Shown in pieces: positions 39,884 through 51,055 of a stretch of 64,000 nt of DNA. Within the stretch, counting starts at the first letter, position 1, and the number at the start of each line of letters is the position of its first letter. The DNA comes from a virus. The notes beneath the pieces are model-generated. The model made no database searches. It worked only from the letters and a program-made list of their open reading frames with translations, and was not told the DNA's origin. The translations under genes were made by a program, and so were the position numbers. Location: the IMG/VR virus record IMGVR_UViG_3300009068_004979; one strand, given 5' to 3'.

Positions 39884-41463
39884 ACACTATCCTTGTTTAT
39901 AAAGATGTCTTTAAAGTTATACGTCTTGGCGCATCTCAGTTCATTATAATATTCACTATCTGTAAAAACATGCTTCACTTCAACAACAAAATAAATACCT
40001 AAAAGTTTATTATCAAAATCACTAGATGCGACAGCATCATCTCTCTCAATAGCTATAAATTTACCTGATTGTCTGTGAGATGAACCGGGAACTTTAAAAT
40101 TGATTATATTATTCATGAATACGCTATTGAATAAAAATCTATTTCTACCAATTGCTAATCTTTGATTTTCAACATTATCTACAACAGAAAATATATTCTG
40201 TATATTTTTTCTTAATGTTCTATAAGCACCAGGTATAAAATTCTCAGTTGGTGGGTTACCATTATCACCTTTCATGCAATCAACATAATTCTTTTTATAT
40301 ATCGCCATGGCTTCTGTAACGTCATTGCGATATGATTCTATGCTAAACTGCTTGTCTTCGTAATTGTAGCTATGCACATCTCTTGATGTGAGTCTATCTT
40401 GTGAAAAATAACCAGGCATATTTTCAAAAGAAAAATTTGAAATAGTAGCAAGTTTTTCTAAAAATAAAGCATATTTTGGTCCATAGTTTACTTTGAGCAC
40501 TGGTATTACAGCAGAGTTGTCATTGTAGCCACCAATTTTGTATGTTTCAAGAAAGTCGTCACCGCCTTGGTCATCTAATGATGATCCTTTATCGTATGCA
40601 CCGTTAAAAAAGCTTTTTAAACTTCTTAAAATAAATTGTCTTGGATAGCGCTCCAAGCTTAAAAATGCAGGGTCAAAATCATTATCAGCAGAAGAAACAT
40701 GGCGTGATAGTATATATTCTACAGAATCAATTCCCTTATAGTTTGCAGGTGATGAGAAGAACATGGGTGTCGAGCCTTCTTCAAAATTTTCTTCATCTAT
40801 GGTAACGGGGTACCCATCATTAGGATCAAACGCAGTTCTTAAGAACTCCTTTAATGCAGTGCCAGTTCTAACTCCACGCTGAGAGTTTGATAAGCCATTA
40901 ATATCTTGACCGCTGAGAATATTAGCTGTAGAAAATGCAACATTTTTTTCTTTTAAGAGTTCATAATAAAGATCCCATAGATACAGCTTAATATACTTTC
41001 TGCCTGGTTCATCAGTTAAAATTTCTTCTGTATTATATACCACCATATCAAGAGTAATTCTAAAAAGTTTATTTGCATCGTCGTCATTATCAGTAGTAAA
41101 TGGACCATCAGCTAATTTTGGCATGATGTCAATAGACACAATATCGCGGCTGTCGCCTTTAAATATAAAGCCTTTATTTTGCTGCTGTGATAGTGGTGTA
41201 TAGTATTGAGGAGATGAAGCTGGCGGTGCTGATTCAATATTACGTTCCAAAGCACCAAATGAATTATCAACAATCATATAGCCACGGTGAAATGTATTAT
41301 GAATTTGATCTTCAAGTACTAATGATTTTATTGCCGCCGGCTTTATTTCCCTATAGCGTTGATCTGTATTAATAATTCCTACATTAAAGCTATATGTTGT
41401 ACCATGAAATACAATTGTATTTTCATCAGTAAATAGCTGGTCATTTTGAAAGACGTCTGCCAT
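39880..41463 (-). CDS. Baseplate hub protein (gp27-like)
   Basis: IKSLVLED..FHRGYMIVD N-terminus; FKVPG..RQSGKFI..GIYFVVEVKHVF C-terminus; follows gp53. Confidence 0.6.
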   Translation of the reverse strand: MADVFQNDQLFTDENTIVFHGTTYSFNVGIINTDQRYREIKPAAIKSLVLEDQIHNTFHRGYMIVDNSFGALERNIESAPPASSPQYYTPLSQQQNKGFIFKGDSRDIVSIDIMPKLADGPFTTDNDDDANKLFRITLDMVVYNTEEILTDEPGRKYIKLYLWDLYYELLKEKNVAFSTANILSGQDINGLSNSQRGVRTGTALKEFLRTAFDPNDGYPVTIDEENFEEGSTPMFFSSPANYKGIDSVEYILSRHVSSADNDFDPAFLSLERYPRQFILRSLKSFFNGAYDKGSSLDDQGGDDFLETYKIGGYNDNSAVIPVLKVNYGPKYALFLEKLATISNFSFENMPGYFSQDRLTSRDVHSYNYEDKQFSIESYRNDVTEAMAIYKKNYVDCMKGDNGNPPTENFIPGAYRTLRKNIQNIFSVVDNVENQRLAIGRNRFLFNSVFMNNIINFKVPGSSHRQSGKFIAIERDDAVASSDFDNKLLGIYFVVEVKHVFTDSEYYNELRCAKTYNFKDIFINKDSV

Positions 41464-41467
41464 AATT

Positions 41468-41830
41468 TTATCTCAATGATAGTCTAATTTCGTCTATAAT
41501 AGATCTTATATACTCCGGTCTTATAATTTTTAAAACTGTTCCTGCTGAAGGGCCTTTTACAGGATTATATATTTTATTTACCAGACAAATCAACCACCAT
41601 AGCTCTATGGTCTGATAAGCATTGTAGCTTATGGCTGTCCATGGTAAATTCTGTCTTACCTGAATATAGAAAATTTTTGTATCATCAATAAAATCTGGAA
41701 AATTAATAGCTTGCAGGATGCTATAAAAGTATTGATTATCTGGTGTTTTATACATTTTAAAGATATTTTCATATCTTAAATCATTAAGTTTTGGCAATGT
41801 ATTAATTTGATTTTGATATTGGCCATCCAT
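41468..41830 (-). CDS. gp53: Baseplate wedge protein, T4 gp53/LysM-like
   Basis: ISYNAYQTIELWWLICLVNKIYNP..GTVLKI. Confidence 0.8.
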   Translation of the reverse strand: MDGQYQNQINTLPKLNDLRYENIFKMYKTPDNQYFYSILQAINFPDFIDDTKIFYIQVRQNLPWTAISYNAYQTIELWWLICLVNKIYNPVKGPSAGTVLKIIRPEYIRSIIDEIRLSLR

Positions 41831-41833
41831 ATA

Positions 41834-43333
41834 TTATCCTAATACGCGATTAGCTCCTGCTGTGTTGATTATGGCTTGATCAGATTGCGAGAAACCAGAA
41901 TTAATTGGTGTTGTTAGAGGTATGCCATCAGGTACTGGTACCAAGCTATCGGAATTATTTGGTGTAGTAGCTCTCAATAGTTGTTCAGCTACTGTTCCAA
42001 CGTTTTGATTGAACAATGTGCTGACAGTTACTTTGGTTTTCTCACCAATAGCATGGTACATGAAATTTTTTGTCTCAGAAACAAGGCTTTTTATTGTGAG
42101 CCGTACTTGATAAGCATCCGGTATAATAGCTGTTACATCGATTGGTGTAATTGCCATGGATTGAGAACCAATGACACTGTTAGTTTGACCGGGTATTATA
42201 TTGTTTGCTTGAGGCAGATTGGGATTATATGGTACACTTACATTTGTATTGAGCTGCAATGTGGTTGGTATAGTAAAATTCATTTCACGTCTAGAACCTA
42301 CAAAATCAACAGCCATGCCTGTGATATAAGCAAATGGCATAAATTTTTGACCAGGTATCTCCAATTGATAAAGTACAGGTGGTTCAACTATTGTTTTGCT
42401 TATGCGACCTGGTTTATTTTGATAAAGCAATAAAAATAAGAACTGCCAGTTCTTTATCACATCATCAAATGTTGCAGAGCCAGTATTGATGAGAGGAAAT
42501 GTTACAGTTATTTCTTCACCATCAGTAGGAAAATTATAAAATTTAGCTTTTTCTTGAAATGCAAAATTTGCTTTAATATTTGTGTTCAGTAAAGCTATTG
42601 ATTCTGCAAACCCACCAGCAATCTTAGATGCAGCGCTAAAAGCACCAGAACCGAAAATACTATAATTTGACGATTCACCATAAGAATTCTGGGCTGCATT
42701 AGCGTAATTTTCAAAATATGGCAGAATATAACTCCATCCTGTGTTTTCAGTTATGTAGAGGTTTCTGTAGGGTTTTAACCAAGGTGATGAATTTACTGTA
42801 GCATTATCATCGTATATACTCTGTTGCACATTTTTGATAGCATCATTAAGTGCTTGAGAGGCTCTACTATAAAGCTGTGTACCACCGGGACCAAATTGCG
42901 CTGCTGTTTTATTTGCAATATCGCCTGATGCTGAGCCAGCCTTTATTGCTAGTCCTTTAACAAAATCGATTAATCTTTTTTGCGTGCTTTTAGAGACACC
43001 CAATTGATTCAGCGTTTGTGTTGAAATTTCAGTAGCTGCTCCAATAGAATATGCTAACTGTGCTACTAGAGAATTTACTTTGAGTCTCTTTTCTGTTAAA
43101 ATAACACGAGGTACTTCTTGCCTTGATTGAATTAATTTTGAATATGTCCAGTAGAAGTCACTTACAACATTAACTGTTTTGCCACTATTGAGTGTACCAG
43201 GGCGCTGCAAATTGCCTATGTTTGCGGCATTGCTAGCTGCTACAAGTGAAGGTGGCTGGATTGAATCAGTTATGCTGGTATTACCTGACCCAGCATTCTT
43301 AGCAGCATTAATAGCCCATAAATAATTTGGCAT
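41834..43333 (-). CDS. Baseplate/tail-tube junction protein (gp48-like)
   Basis: ITVTFPLINT..P..EPPVLY.LEIPG..AYITGMAVDF..P.AY.V.LTI.SL tube-fold; lies between tape measure and gp53. Confidence 0.5.
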   Translation of the reverse strand: MPNYLWAINAAKNAGSGNTSITDSIQPPSLVAASNAANIGNLQRPGTLNSGKTVNVVSDFYWTYSKLIQSRQEVPRVILTEKRLKVNSLVAQLAYSIGAATEISTQTLNQLGVSKSTQKRLIDFVKGLAIKAGSASGDIANKTAAQFGPGGTQLYSRASQALNDAIKNVQQSIYDDNATVNSSPWLKPYRNLYITENTGWSYILPYFENYANAAQNSYGESSNYSIFGSGAFSAASKIAGGFAESIALLNTNIKANFAFQEKAKFYNFPTDGEEITVTFPLINTGSATFDDVIKNWQFLFLLLYQNKPGRISKTIVEPPVLYQLEIPGQKFMPFAYITGMAVDFVGSRREMNFTIPTTLQLNTNVSVPYNPNLPQANNIIPGQTNSVIGSQSMAITPIDVTAIIPDAYQVRLTIKSLVSETKNFMYHAIGEKTKVTVSTLFNQNVGTVAEQLLRATTPNNSDSLVPVPDGIPLTTPINSGFSQSDQAIINTAGANRVLG

Positions 43334-43340
43334 ATATTAA

Positions 43341-43348
43341 TATTTATA
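43341..43348 (-). promoter_or_regulatory. T4-type late promoter TATAAATA
   Basis: Exact consensus 7 nt before ATG 43333. Confidence 0.7.
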
Positions 43349-45563
43349 CAGTCATGTAAATACCACGGCTTGCATCAGCTCGGAAGTCTGTATTGCCTTT
43401 GCTGGATTCGTTAAACACCATGGTATTTGGTTGATTATTGACCAATACACTTGAAGCTGCTTCTTTATCTTTGATATCTTCAAGGTGATCATTGCCTTGC
43501 TTGACAGCATCTACTTGTTCTTTGGCAGCTTTAAGTAGTTGTTTAAAATCATCTCGTACGCCTGTCATGGTTTTACTCATTTCGCTTACATCCATGGAAT
43601 TTAAAATCTTATTCAATTCTGCAGCATCTTGAACATCTTTTAATTTGCTTTTGACTAATGCATTCACACCTGCTGCAGCAGCATCTGTTACTGCACCTGT
43701 CAAAGCAGAGCCAGCACCTAGTCCACTTAAAAACCCAGTAATTTTGCTTAATTTATCCAGATCTTTAATTGTTGTGAGACTTTCTATTCCTTCTCTTACT
43801 AGCATCATTTGATCTTTGAATTGCTTTCCTACTTGTTTTGTAGAAATTTCAACAAATGTATCATTCATGCCTCGAACAACGCCTGGTAATTTTTCAATTT
43901 TATCTACTCTATCAGCCATGTCTATAATGGATTGAATGTAATCCTTTTTACCTGTCATTATACCGAGAGCACCGCTTATGCCACCTACTATTCCTGAAAC
44001 TGCTTGCCCTGCAGAGCCAGCTAGTAATGCTACAGAAAGTTCAGCCATGGCGGGAATAATTTTTGCAAAAGAATTTAAATCTAGCTTATCTACTGCAGGT
44101 CCTAATTTTTCAAAACCAGTCGCGAGTGAAGTTAGCCCATCGCCAAACATTTTTATGTTATATGCTAGACCAGCAAGAAGTGCTTCTGTTGCTCCAGCTG
44201 CTAGAGCTGCAGTTCCACCTGTTGCATATACTGCAGCACTGCCTGTAATAAGTAGTGCAAAGAAGCCGCCCAAGATACCGACAGCTTTGCCAAACCCTTC
44301 TGTATTGGTTGCTCGGGTCAAATCTTCTATGCCTTTACCAAGGGCGGTAAGAGCTGGTCCAAAGCTTTCTATAATTTTAGGCAGGAAATAAGCAGCTGCA
44401 AAAACTGCAGCAATACTTGCAGCTGCTTTTAAATCAAAAGATTTTGCTAGTTGCTCCATTATGAAAATAAACCCTGCTCCTGCAGCTCCACCGCCAATTA
44501 TAACACTAAACCCTTTAATAATGGCATTCGTATCCATGCTACCAAACTCTTGTAAAGCTTTACGAAATTGATTGATGGCTACAGCTAGACCAACAAGAAC
44601 AAGAGCGGTTTTAGCAAGTGGTAGCTGTTTGATAAATCCTGCAATTGTGTCGCCTGTTTTCTTTAATAAATAAAAAAATACTTCAACTCCAACTGCACCT
44701 GCTGCTATAGCAGCAAGGGTACCAAAAAAATCTTGTACCTGTTTATCAAAGCTTTCAGCAAAAAATGCTTTAAATTTTTCTGTGAGTATGCTAATAAACC
44801 CACCCAAAGCAGCTCCAAGTGCAGGTAAATTTTTAAGTAGCATATCAAATAATACCGGTAATTGTTTTATTGCTGTATCTACAGAATCCATTATCCTATC
44901 AAAAAATGGAAAAAGTGAATCTTTCATTGCTTTGAGTATGGGTGGTAGCTGACTGCCCACTACTGGAAGAGCGCTTATTACAAAATCTTGAATAAGAGGA
45001 ATTACTGTTTTTGCAAAGTCAGTAATCTTATCAAAGTTTTGAATTAAAGAAAGTATTATTGCAATGCCACCACCTATCATGAGTAAAGTTTTCAAGCCAC
45101 CGAATAAGCCACCTAGACCAGCTAAACCTTGAAAAATACTTCCAAATATGCCAGGTTTGTCTTGTTTCTTATCTGTTTTTAGAATCTTTTCTAATAAATC
45201 ATTGGTTCTTTTATTGGATAGAACTTTAGCTAAATTATTGACAACTTCTTTTGAAACAGATTCTAACTGTACTTTAATTGTTTGTCTTTTAAAAATATTT
45301 TTTAATGTGTTATTTGCGTTTTTCTTTTCATCGTCTTCTGCACCCATGGTTTTATTAAAGGTTTTTGCATAAATTTTAGCAATTTCTTCTGTGCGTTTTT
45401 TTTCTGCTGAAGTAAGTTTATTCTGTGCTGCAGTTTTTTTATCTTTTTTAGTTTGATCTGCTTTATTATCAATTAGTTCTTCATTTGCGTCTGCAATTTC
45501 TTTGAGAGACGCAGAGATAGTATTGAGCTTATCTAAAAAATTCTGAAACTGTGTTTCATCCAT
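43344..45563 (-). CDS. Tape measure protein (putative)
   Basis: 739 aa, Ala/Gly/Leu-rich helical with hydrophobic segments; position after hub-assembly genes. Confidence 0.65.
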   Translation of the reverse strand: MDETQFQNFLDKLNTISASLKEIADANEELIDNKADQTKKDKKTAAQNKLTSAEKKRTEEIAKIYAKTFNKTMGAEDDEKKNANNTLKNIFKRQTIKVQLESVSKEVVNNLAKVLSNKRTNDLLEKILKTDKKQDKPGIFGSIFQGLAGLGGLFGGLKTLLMIGGGIAIILSLIQNFDKITDFAKTVIPLIQDFVISALPVVGSQLPPILKAMKDSLFPFFDRIMDSVDTAIKQLPVLFDMLLKNLPALGAALGGFISILTEKFKAFFAESFDKQVQDFFGTLAAIAAGAVGVEVFFYLLKKTGDTIAGFIKQLPLAKTALVLVGLAVAINQFRKALQEFGSMDTNAIIKGFSVIIGGGAAGAGFIFIMEQLAKSFDLKAAASIAAVFAAAYFLPKIIESFGPALTALGKGIEDLTRATNTEGFGKAVGILGGFFALLITGSAAVYATGGTAALAAGATEALLAGLAYNIKMFGDGLTSLATGFEKLGPAVDKLDLNSFAKIIPAMAELSVALLAGSAGQAVSGIVGGISGALGIMTGKKDYIQSIIDMADRVDKIEKLPGVVRGMNDTFVEISTKQVGKQFKDQMMLVREGIESLTTIKDLDKLSKITGFLSGLGAGSALTGAVTDAAAAGVNALVKSKLKDVQDAAELNKILNSMDVSEMSKTMTGVRDDFKQLLKAAKEQVDAVKQGNDHLEDIKDKEAASSVLVNNQPNTMVFNESSKGNTDFRADASRGIYMTV

Positions 45564-45602
45564 AAGTCATTAATACTTATGGAAAAAATTGTGTTTTATA
45601 CT

Positions 45603-46382
45603 TTATTCTTTGGTGAAGAATACTGTATCTAAATTAATAGTATATGTTGTTTCTTCGTTTTTAACTTTAAGAGCGCTTTGCTCAGCATCTCTTACAGTAG
45701 AAATAAAATCGATGAGCCTACCATTAAGAGCCATGGGTAAATTCTCAATAACTTCTATTTGCTGAGGGATAGAAAGTGTACTAAATTTTATTTCTTCAAT
45801 ATTGGCACCATCAGCAAGCTTAATGCAATCAATAAACTTGATTAATTCGTAGATATAAACTTCACCAACGAGCTCTCTTAGTTTATCTTCATTTGTTGAC
45901 TTCTTGCTATCGAGAATGCGTTTACACTCAGCGTTAGTGCGAAGGTCTTCATCAAGTGTGGGTACTTTGGTAATAACTTCTATTTTATCTAAAAGAATGC
46001 TGGTAGTAAAGGCTGTCAAATCAATTTTATTTTTTATTTTTAAATTTTCTGCATAATCAAACTTAATTTTTACGCCTTCGACTTCTTGTGTAACTTCTGT
46101 GCCAAGTGCATCAGCTCTTAGTGCTAGCAAAAGATTGGGTTTGTCTAAGATAGTTAATTTAGCAGGTGCTACTAAATTTTTAATTATAATATCAGTTGTA
46201 GCAAGAGCAAATGTTATAGGCGTCATAACAATATCTAGAGCTGTTTTTAAAAGCTCTTTTTGTTGCTTTACCGATAATGAATGCAGCTCAACATTTGTAT
46301 TTAAAGAAGGGGCATAAGCGGATACTTTCTTTGCTCCTGTTATTTGTTTTAGCTTGTTAATGGCCAAATTATTATTACTCAT
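45603..46382 (-). CDS. Baseplate hub assembly protein (gp26-like)
   Basis: APSL..VEL..LSVKQQKELLK..LTILDK..LLLALRA.ALG..KVPTL. Confidence 0.6.
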   Translation of the reverse strand: MSNNNLAINKLKQITGAKKVSAYAPSLNTNVELHSLSVKQQKELLKTALDIVMTPITFALATTDIIIKNLVAPAKLTILDKPNLLLALRADALGTEVTQEVEGVKIKFDYAENLKIKNKIDLTAFTTSILLDKIEVITKVPTLDEDLRTNAECKRILDSKKSTNEDKLRELVGEVYIYELIKFIDCIKLADGANIEEIKFSTLSIPQQIEVIENLPMALNGRLIDFISTVRDAEQSALKVKNEETTYTINLDTVFFTKE

Positions 46383-46405
46383 GTTACTAATAACTTAAGC
46401 GCGTT

Positions 46406-47254
46406 TTATAGTTTTCCAGGTATCTTTGGTTGATTTTGCTTATTTTGTTGCTCTTCGATTTTTTTCTGCTCTTTCTCGAACAGATTGAGTAGCATTATGT
46501 TTTCTACAAAAGTATTTTTATCAACATAATCAGGCGTATAAAATATTTTACTTACAATAAAATATTGCATCTCATATAGGCTAGTTAGATTTGTTTTAAA
46601 GAAATATTTTATAATATCCAAAAGCGATTTGTTAAACGGATTAAGCTCTATATCCTCTTCAATTGTTGGTAGTTTAAATTTTATTTGCTTGAAACTTTCA
46701 ATAATAGTTTCATAAAAATTTTTAATTTCAAAAATAACAGATGCAGGTAAAAGTTTTAATACTTCATCTTTTTCATTATCTTGCAATGTATTAAAATTAA
46801 TTGTTTCATTTTCAAATTTTATTTGTTGTATAATATAGGTTGTTAGATCCAGAAAATTATCATATACAAAATGTGTTGGTAGCCCTAACTCTACAGTAAT
46901 ATTATCCATAGTTAGAATCTTTTTAAATTGAATATTGAATTCAAATATTTGTTTTAAGAAATTTGTTAACGGTAATCTGTGTGTTTGATTTTTTTCAGAA
47001 AATTCTAAATCAGGCGCAATGCATATGGTTCTTTGTAATACCATGAGACAAAATTTATCGTAATTTGTAAATTCTCTGATGTCTGTTTTAAACTCTAAAT
47101 TGTTTTCAATTATTTCGTCTATATATTTTTCTAGTAGTAAATCGTTATTATTCAATATGTATTTATTGAGTTCTTTGAACTGTAGGAAGTTTAATTCGCT
47201 AATTTTATGTTTAGTTCTGGTAGATGGTGCTTCAAAATTAAGATAAAATGCCAT
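46406..47254 (-). CDS. Second gp26/gp51-like hub assembly protein
   Basis: PST..KISELN..DKF..L..R..I; LGLPT; C-terminal LYEMQYF..YVDKNTFVE. Confidence 0.45.
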   Translation of the reverse strand: MAFYLNFEAPSTRTKHKISELNFLQFKELNKYILNNNDLLLEKYIDEIIENNLEFKTDIREFTNYDKFCLMVLQRTICIAPDLEFSEKNQTHRLPLTNFLKQIFEFNIQFKKILTMDNITVELGLPTHFVYDNFLDLTTYIIQQIKFENETINFNTLQDNEKDEVLKLLPASVIFEIKNFYETIIESFKQIKFKLPTIEEDIELNPFNKSLLDIIKYFFKTNLTSLYEMQYFIVSKIFYTPDYVDKNTFVENIMLLNLFEKEQKKIEEQQNKQNQPKIPGKL

Positions 47255-48162
47255 TATAAGAATCCCAAAGGATTTATATTGCCAATACCATTTTGCAATG
47301 TTGATATCCTTGGTATTTCGCCGTTTGAAATTCTATTCACTATATCTTGCACTGGAAGGTACAAGCTGTTCTCTACAGTATAATTCGAATATGTCCAGCG
47401 CGTTGAGTAAACTGTTTTTTGTTCTGTTTCGTATTCAAAATTTTGTTCTGCAACATTAAATGGCATGCAGTTATAAAAAGTCCAGACTTTTCTAGGTATC
47501 ATGGAGATATTTTGCAGAGTGCGTGTATAGTTTAAAATGGTCATATTTACTTTCATATTTTTGGCATCGCGTAACCCGTTTCTATCGCCAGGTCTAGCTA
47601 CCATGCCAAAATGCGATCCAAGAATAACCCATGGTCTAATAACAAAATCAATAAAGGATGTATTGGTTTCTAGGAAGTCTAGTACTAATGTAGGCGGCTC
47701 AGCATTACGAGCTCCACCAAGCACACCCGGTAAAAAACCTCTGTTATTAGGAATAGTTATAGATTCAGGAGAAAACTGCTCAGTGGGGATTGTAGCGCCT
47801 TGAGCAAATAAACACCCAATTACCTTTTGCAATGGAAAACTTTTTAAAATATTGGCAGCACTATCAATATTAAATCCTTTTTTACTGCCATCTGTGCGTT
47901 CTAGGCTTTGTATGATACTTGTGCGCAGTGCTGGTGGATAGCGATCGATTACAACAATCCACTGTGTCGCCATTGGAATTGATGTAAACCATGATTCCAT
48001 TTGTGTGAGAAAGTAATCACGAACACTAATGAGCGGTACACCTGGTATGTTAAAACCAAAGAGATTGGTAACTTGTGGAGCAAATAAAGGATTAGTGCCA
48101 CGACCAATACCTGTAAAATTTTGGCCTAACGAGTTTAGAGCATCAGTGAACGGATTATTCAC
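47254..48162 (-). CDS. Tail tube-fold protein (gp54-like initiator)
   Basis: LDFLETN..F..PW..RKVWTFYNCMP.NV..F.Y; adjacent to the tube gene; GTG start. Confidence 0.55.
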   Translation of the reverse strand: MNNPFTDALNSLGQNFTGIGRGTNPLFAPQVTNLFGFNIPGVPLISVRDYFLTQMESWFTSIPMATQWIVVIDRYPPALRTSIIQSLERTDGSKKGFNIDSAANILKSFPLQKVIGCLFAQGATIPTEQFSPESITIPNNRGFLPGVLGGARNAEPPTLVLDFLETNTSFIDFVIRPWVILGSHFGMVARPGDRNGLRDAKNMKVNMTILNYTRTLQNISMIPRKVWTFYNCMPFNVAEQNFEYETEQKTVYSTRWTYSNYTVENSLYLPVQDIVNRISNGEIPRISTLQNGIGNINPLGFL

Positions 48163-48189
48163 TTAAATATTTAGAGCAAGTTGCTTATT

Positions 48190-48738
48190 TTAGGAGAGTT
48201 TTCTCCAGTAGTGATAGGAGATAGTAGAAGTAAATTCAATTGTGTTACCAACACCTTCAGCAATATTATATGTTAAGGGCCCAACACTTCTCACGGAAAC
48301 ACCTACAAGCTGGTACTGAGCTTGTTTATTCATCTGATTATCAAGTGTTACTAGATCGATGATAGCTGTCTGCTTTGGTGCAAAATAATTGCCTGTACTA
48401 GATGAATCATCAAATACTGCTTGTGACCACTGTTCAAATTTCTGACGAATCTTTGACTGTGCATCAGCATAGAATGTTAATGAATAAGCTTCGCTGCCTG
48501 GATATGTAGCATTGCCAGGAATGTTAAAATTCAATCCCATGTAAGGAACTGGAACATTTGTTATGGCGCGCTCTGGAAGTGTGGCTGTTTTTACGTAAAC
48601 TAAATCATCTTGATCAAAAGTAACTGTACCAACACCACCTGTGTTGATTGAAAGCACTCTGAAGTTAAAATCACGAGTAAACTCGCGATTGGTAGCGACT
48701 CTGTAAAAGTCTGTTATGAGTTGATTTACATCTGCCAT
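48190..48738 (-). CDS. gp19: Tail tube protein (T4 gp19-like)
   Basis: R.FNFRV..VKTATLP..VPYMG..PG..TFY.D..IRQKFEQW..F...ISYHYW; directly after the sheath gene. Confidence 0.85.
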   Translation of the reverse strand: MADVNQLITDFYRVATNREFTRDFNFRVLSINTGGVGTVTFDQDDLVYVKTATLPERAITNVPVPYMGLNFNIPGNATYPGSEAYSLTFYADAQSKIRQKFEQWSQAVFDDSSSTGNYFAPKQTAIIDLVTLDNQMNKQAQYQLVGVSVRSVGPLTYNIAEGVGNTIEFTSTISYHYWRKLS

Positions 48739-48743
48739 AAAAT

Positions 48744-48749
48744 TATTTA
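48744..48749 (-). promoter_or_regulatory. Late promoter box TAAATA (tail tube)
   Basis: 5 nt before ATG 48738. Confidence 0.7.
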
Positions 48750-48763
48750 TTTCCTTTCGCTAC

Positions 48764-51049
48764 TTACGCGACAATCTCCTGGAAGTTGGTACCAGTTCTT
48801 GTTGCGTAGAAGTTACAAAGGATAAATTCTGCAGTGCGTACTGGTTTGAGATAGATATCCACAACAAGTGAATTGTCATCTACTACTGATGTTGGGTTGT
48901 TTCTCTCGTCGCAAATAAGCAAGAAGTCATATACACCTTGTGTATTCTTTGCATTCTCAAACAATGGTGTGAGTGTATTGAGCACTTGTGTTCTTGTGAA
49001 GAGTGTGTTTGGTTCGAATACAAAATACTTGACAGTTTCTTTTGTAGCAATCTCAAGATTCAAGAACAATCTACGAACATTGATTCTATCAAATGCGCTT
49101 GGCTTCTTCTGCAAGGTCTTTTTACCAAAGATCACAAATCCTTCTGCAGGGAAGAATGCAACTGGATTCAAGCTAATCTTATAGAGTTGATCGCGTTCTT
49201 TCTGCTTAGGATAAAATCCAATATCTGTAACACCTGTTATGATGCCACGTGTAAAGCCTGCTGGAGCATACCATGGCTGGAAGTTTGAATCGGTATTAGC
49301 CATGGCCGTTGCAGCAAATCCTGAGAATGGTACCCAAACTTGCTGATTAGTTGCAATATCAGCCACCTTGGCACAGTTTGCAAATGTACAAACATAGTTT
49401 GAATCAATAGCATTAAACTGATTGCGCAATGGCCAGTAAATGTTGTTTGAGAACGTATTGCCAGGATTATCAAGTGTCTTAATATTGTTTTCTACAAATA
49501 TGTTGGTGAGAGGATCGGCAATAAAGATATGATCTTTGCGCTTGCTTTCAGCCAGGCTAACAAATTCATTAGCAACTGCAAGGTAATTTGATACAACAGC
49601 TGGTACAGATGTTGGATTCTGCGCTGTTAAGCTAGCAGTAGCTGTTGGATAAGGCACTGAATCATCAAAGTAACCAGATGTTGCAGGGTTAAACGAATTT
49701 GCATAGATTGTACCCAATCCAGCTTCAACTGTTACATTGATTGGATAAAGGTCTGTATTATCAAGTCTAGCAAATGCATTCTGTAGCTTAGCTGGAACAT
49801 TACCAATGATCTTAGTATTGATGTCCTGCTGTGAAAAATCACCCAAAGCAATCAATGCATCAGTTGCACCTATGCGATTAATAAATCCTGCATATGTTGC
49901 AGATGGTGCGCCGACGCGGGTTGCATATGCAACAGCATCTTCATTATTAACTGGAAATTGCATCGGTGTGCTTAAGAAGCGAACTTTCTTTATAGGTACA
50001 CCTGAAAGATCTAGCCATGTGCTTGTGTTCTTATTAGAAATATATGGATTGATCAGTGTTGTAATTTGTGTGGAGCTATTGTCAACTGTTTCCATGAAGA
50101 AACTAATGGCAGGTCCACCATTAGGACTGTTGATCTGTCTGAATGTATCAAATGATGCATTGTAACTTTCTTCTAACACGTAATCTAAAGCAATTGTATC
50201 AGGTGAGAACACAGACTGACGTAGTTTGAATATACCAAATGTGGCTGTGTCGTCAAACTGATTGCTTGAAGTATCAAATGTTGGTACATTTTCAAGTACT
50301 TCTGAAACACTGCCTGGTGCACCACCAGATGATGCTGAAAGTGAAAAGTTGAGTCTCACATCAGGAATTGTTACATAGTTACTAATGGCAGCTGCTGTTG
50401 TATTGATTGATAGTACACTATTAACACCATTGAATGGTGTTGCTGGGTTTAGGTTTGTATTGTCAATGGCACCAAAATAATAACCTTCATATCGAGAATT
50501 AATAGTCGATTGTGACTTGTTAAGAATAATCATACCAGCAGCGCTCAATGAGGCTACTGTATCGAAAGTTGAAGAACCAGATGTGTTATTAGACCATGTG
50601 AAGCCATTACCACGAATAAGATTCAAATACTGTGTGGTGTTAAGTTTGAGATGTGTGGGCTTACCAAAGAAATATGCACCAGATGTCACATCCAGAGCTG
50701 TTGATGATGCTCCGTTAACATACGATAGCACTGGGTATACCAAAGCGCTATAATTTGCGCTTGTATCAATACCAGCTGCAGAGCCATATGGCAATCTATA
50801 TACTAAAATATCTGCTGGGCTGTTGAAAACTGATTTAACTGAATGATAAAAATATCTTTCTGCAGCATTTGTAGGCTGTCCAAAGATTTGCTCGTGTTCA
50901 GAAAGGCTTGATACTTTGATTGGTTCGGAAAGTGGGCCTCTTGGAGCAAAGCCAGGGATAAACACTGTAGTTGCTGGAGATCCTACTGCTCTTAATGAAA
51001 GGTCAATTTCTTGAATTTGTACGCCGGGGCTTTGGATCGTTCTTGCCAT
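48764..51049 (-). CDS. gp18: Tail sheath protein (T4 gp18-like)
   Basis: SPGVQIQEIDLS, GFAPRGP, PWYAPAGFTRG, FGKKTLQ..SAFDRINVRRLF, FEPN, DIYLKPVRTAEFI. Confidence 0.96.
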   Translation of the reverse strand: MARTIQSPGVQIQEIDLSLRAVGSPATTVFIPGFAPRGPLSEPIKVSSLSEHEQIFGQPTNAAERYFYHSVKSVFNSPADILVYRLPYGSAAGIDTSANYSALVYPVLSYVNGASSTALDVTSGAYFFGKPTHLKLNTTQYLNLIRGNGFTWSNNTSGSSTFDTVASLSAAGMIILNKSQSTINSRYEGYYFGAIDNTNLNPATPFNGVNSVLSINTTAAAISNYVTIPDVRLNFSLSASSGGAPGSVSEVLENVPTFDTSSNQFDDTATFGIFKLRQSVFSPDTIALDYVLEESYNASFDTFRQINSPNGGPAISFFMETVDNSSTQITTLINPYISNKNTSTWLDLSGVPIKKVRFLSTPMQFPVNNEDAVAYATRVGAPSATYAGFINRIGATDALIALGDFSQQDINTKIIGNVPAKLQNAFARLDNTDLYPINVTVEAGLGTIYANSFNPATSGYFDDSVPYPTATASLTAQNPTSVPAVVSNYLAVANEFVSLAESKRKDHIFIADPLTNIFVENNIKTLDNPGNTFSNNIYWPLRNQFNAIDSNYVCTFANCAKVADIATNQQVWVPFSGFAATAMANTDSNFQPWYAPAGFTRGIITGVTDIGFYPKQKERDQLYKISLNPVAFFPAEGFVIFGKKTLQKKPSAFDRINVRRLFLNLEIATKETVKYFVFEPNTLFTRTQVLNTLTPLFENAKNTQGVYDFLLICDERNNPTSVVDDNSLVVDIYLKPVRTAEFILCNFYATRTGTNFQEIVA

Positions 51050-51055
51050 ATAAAG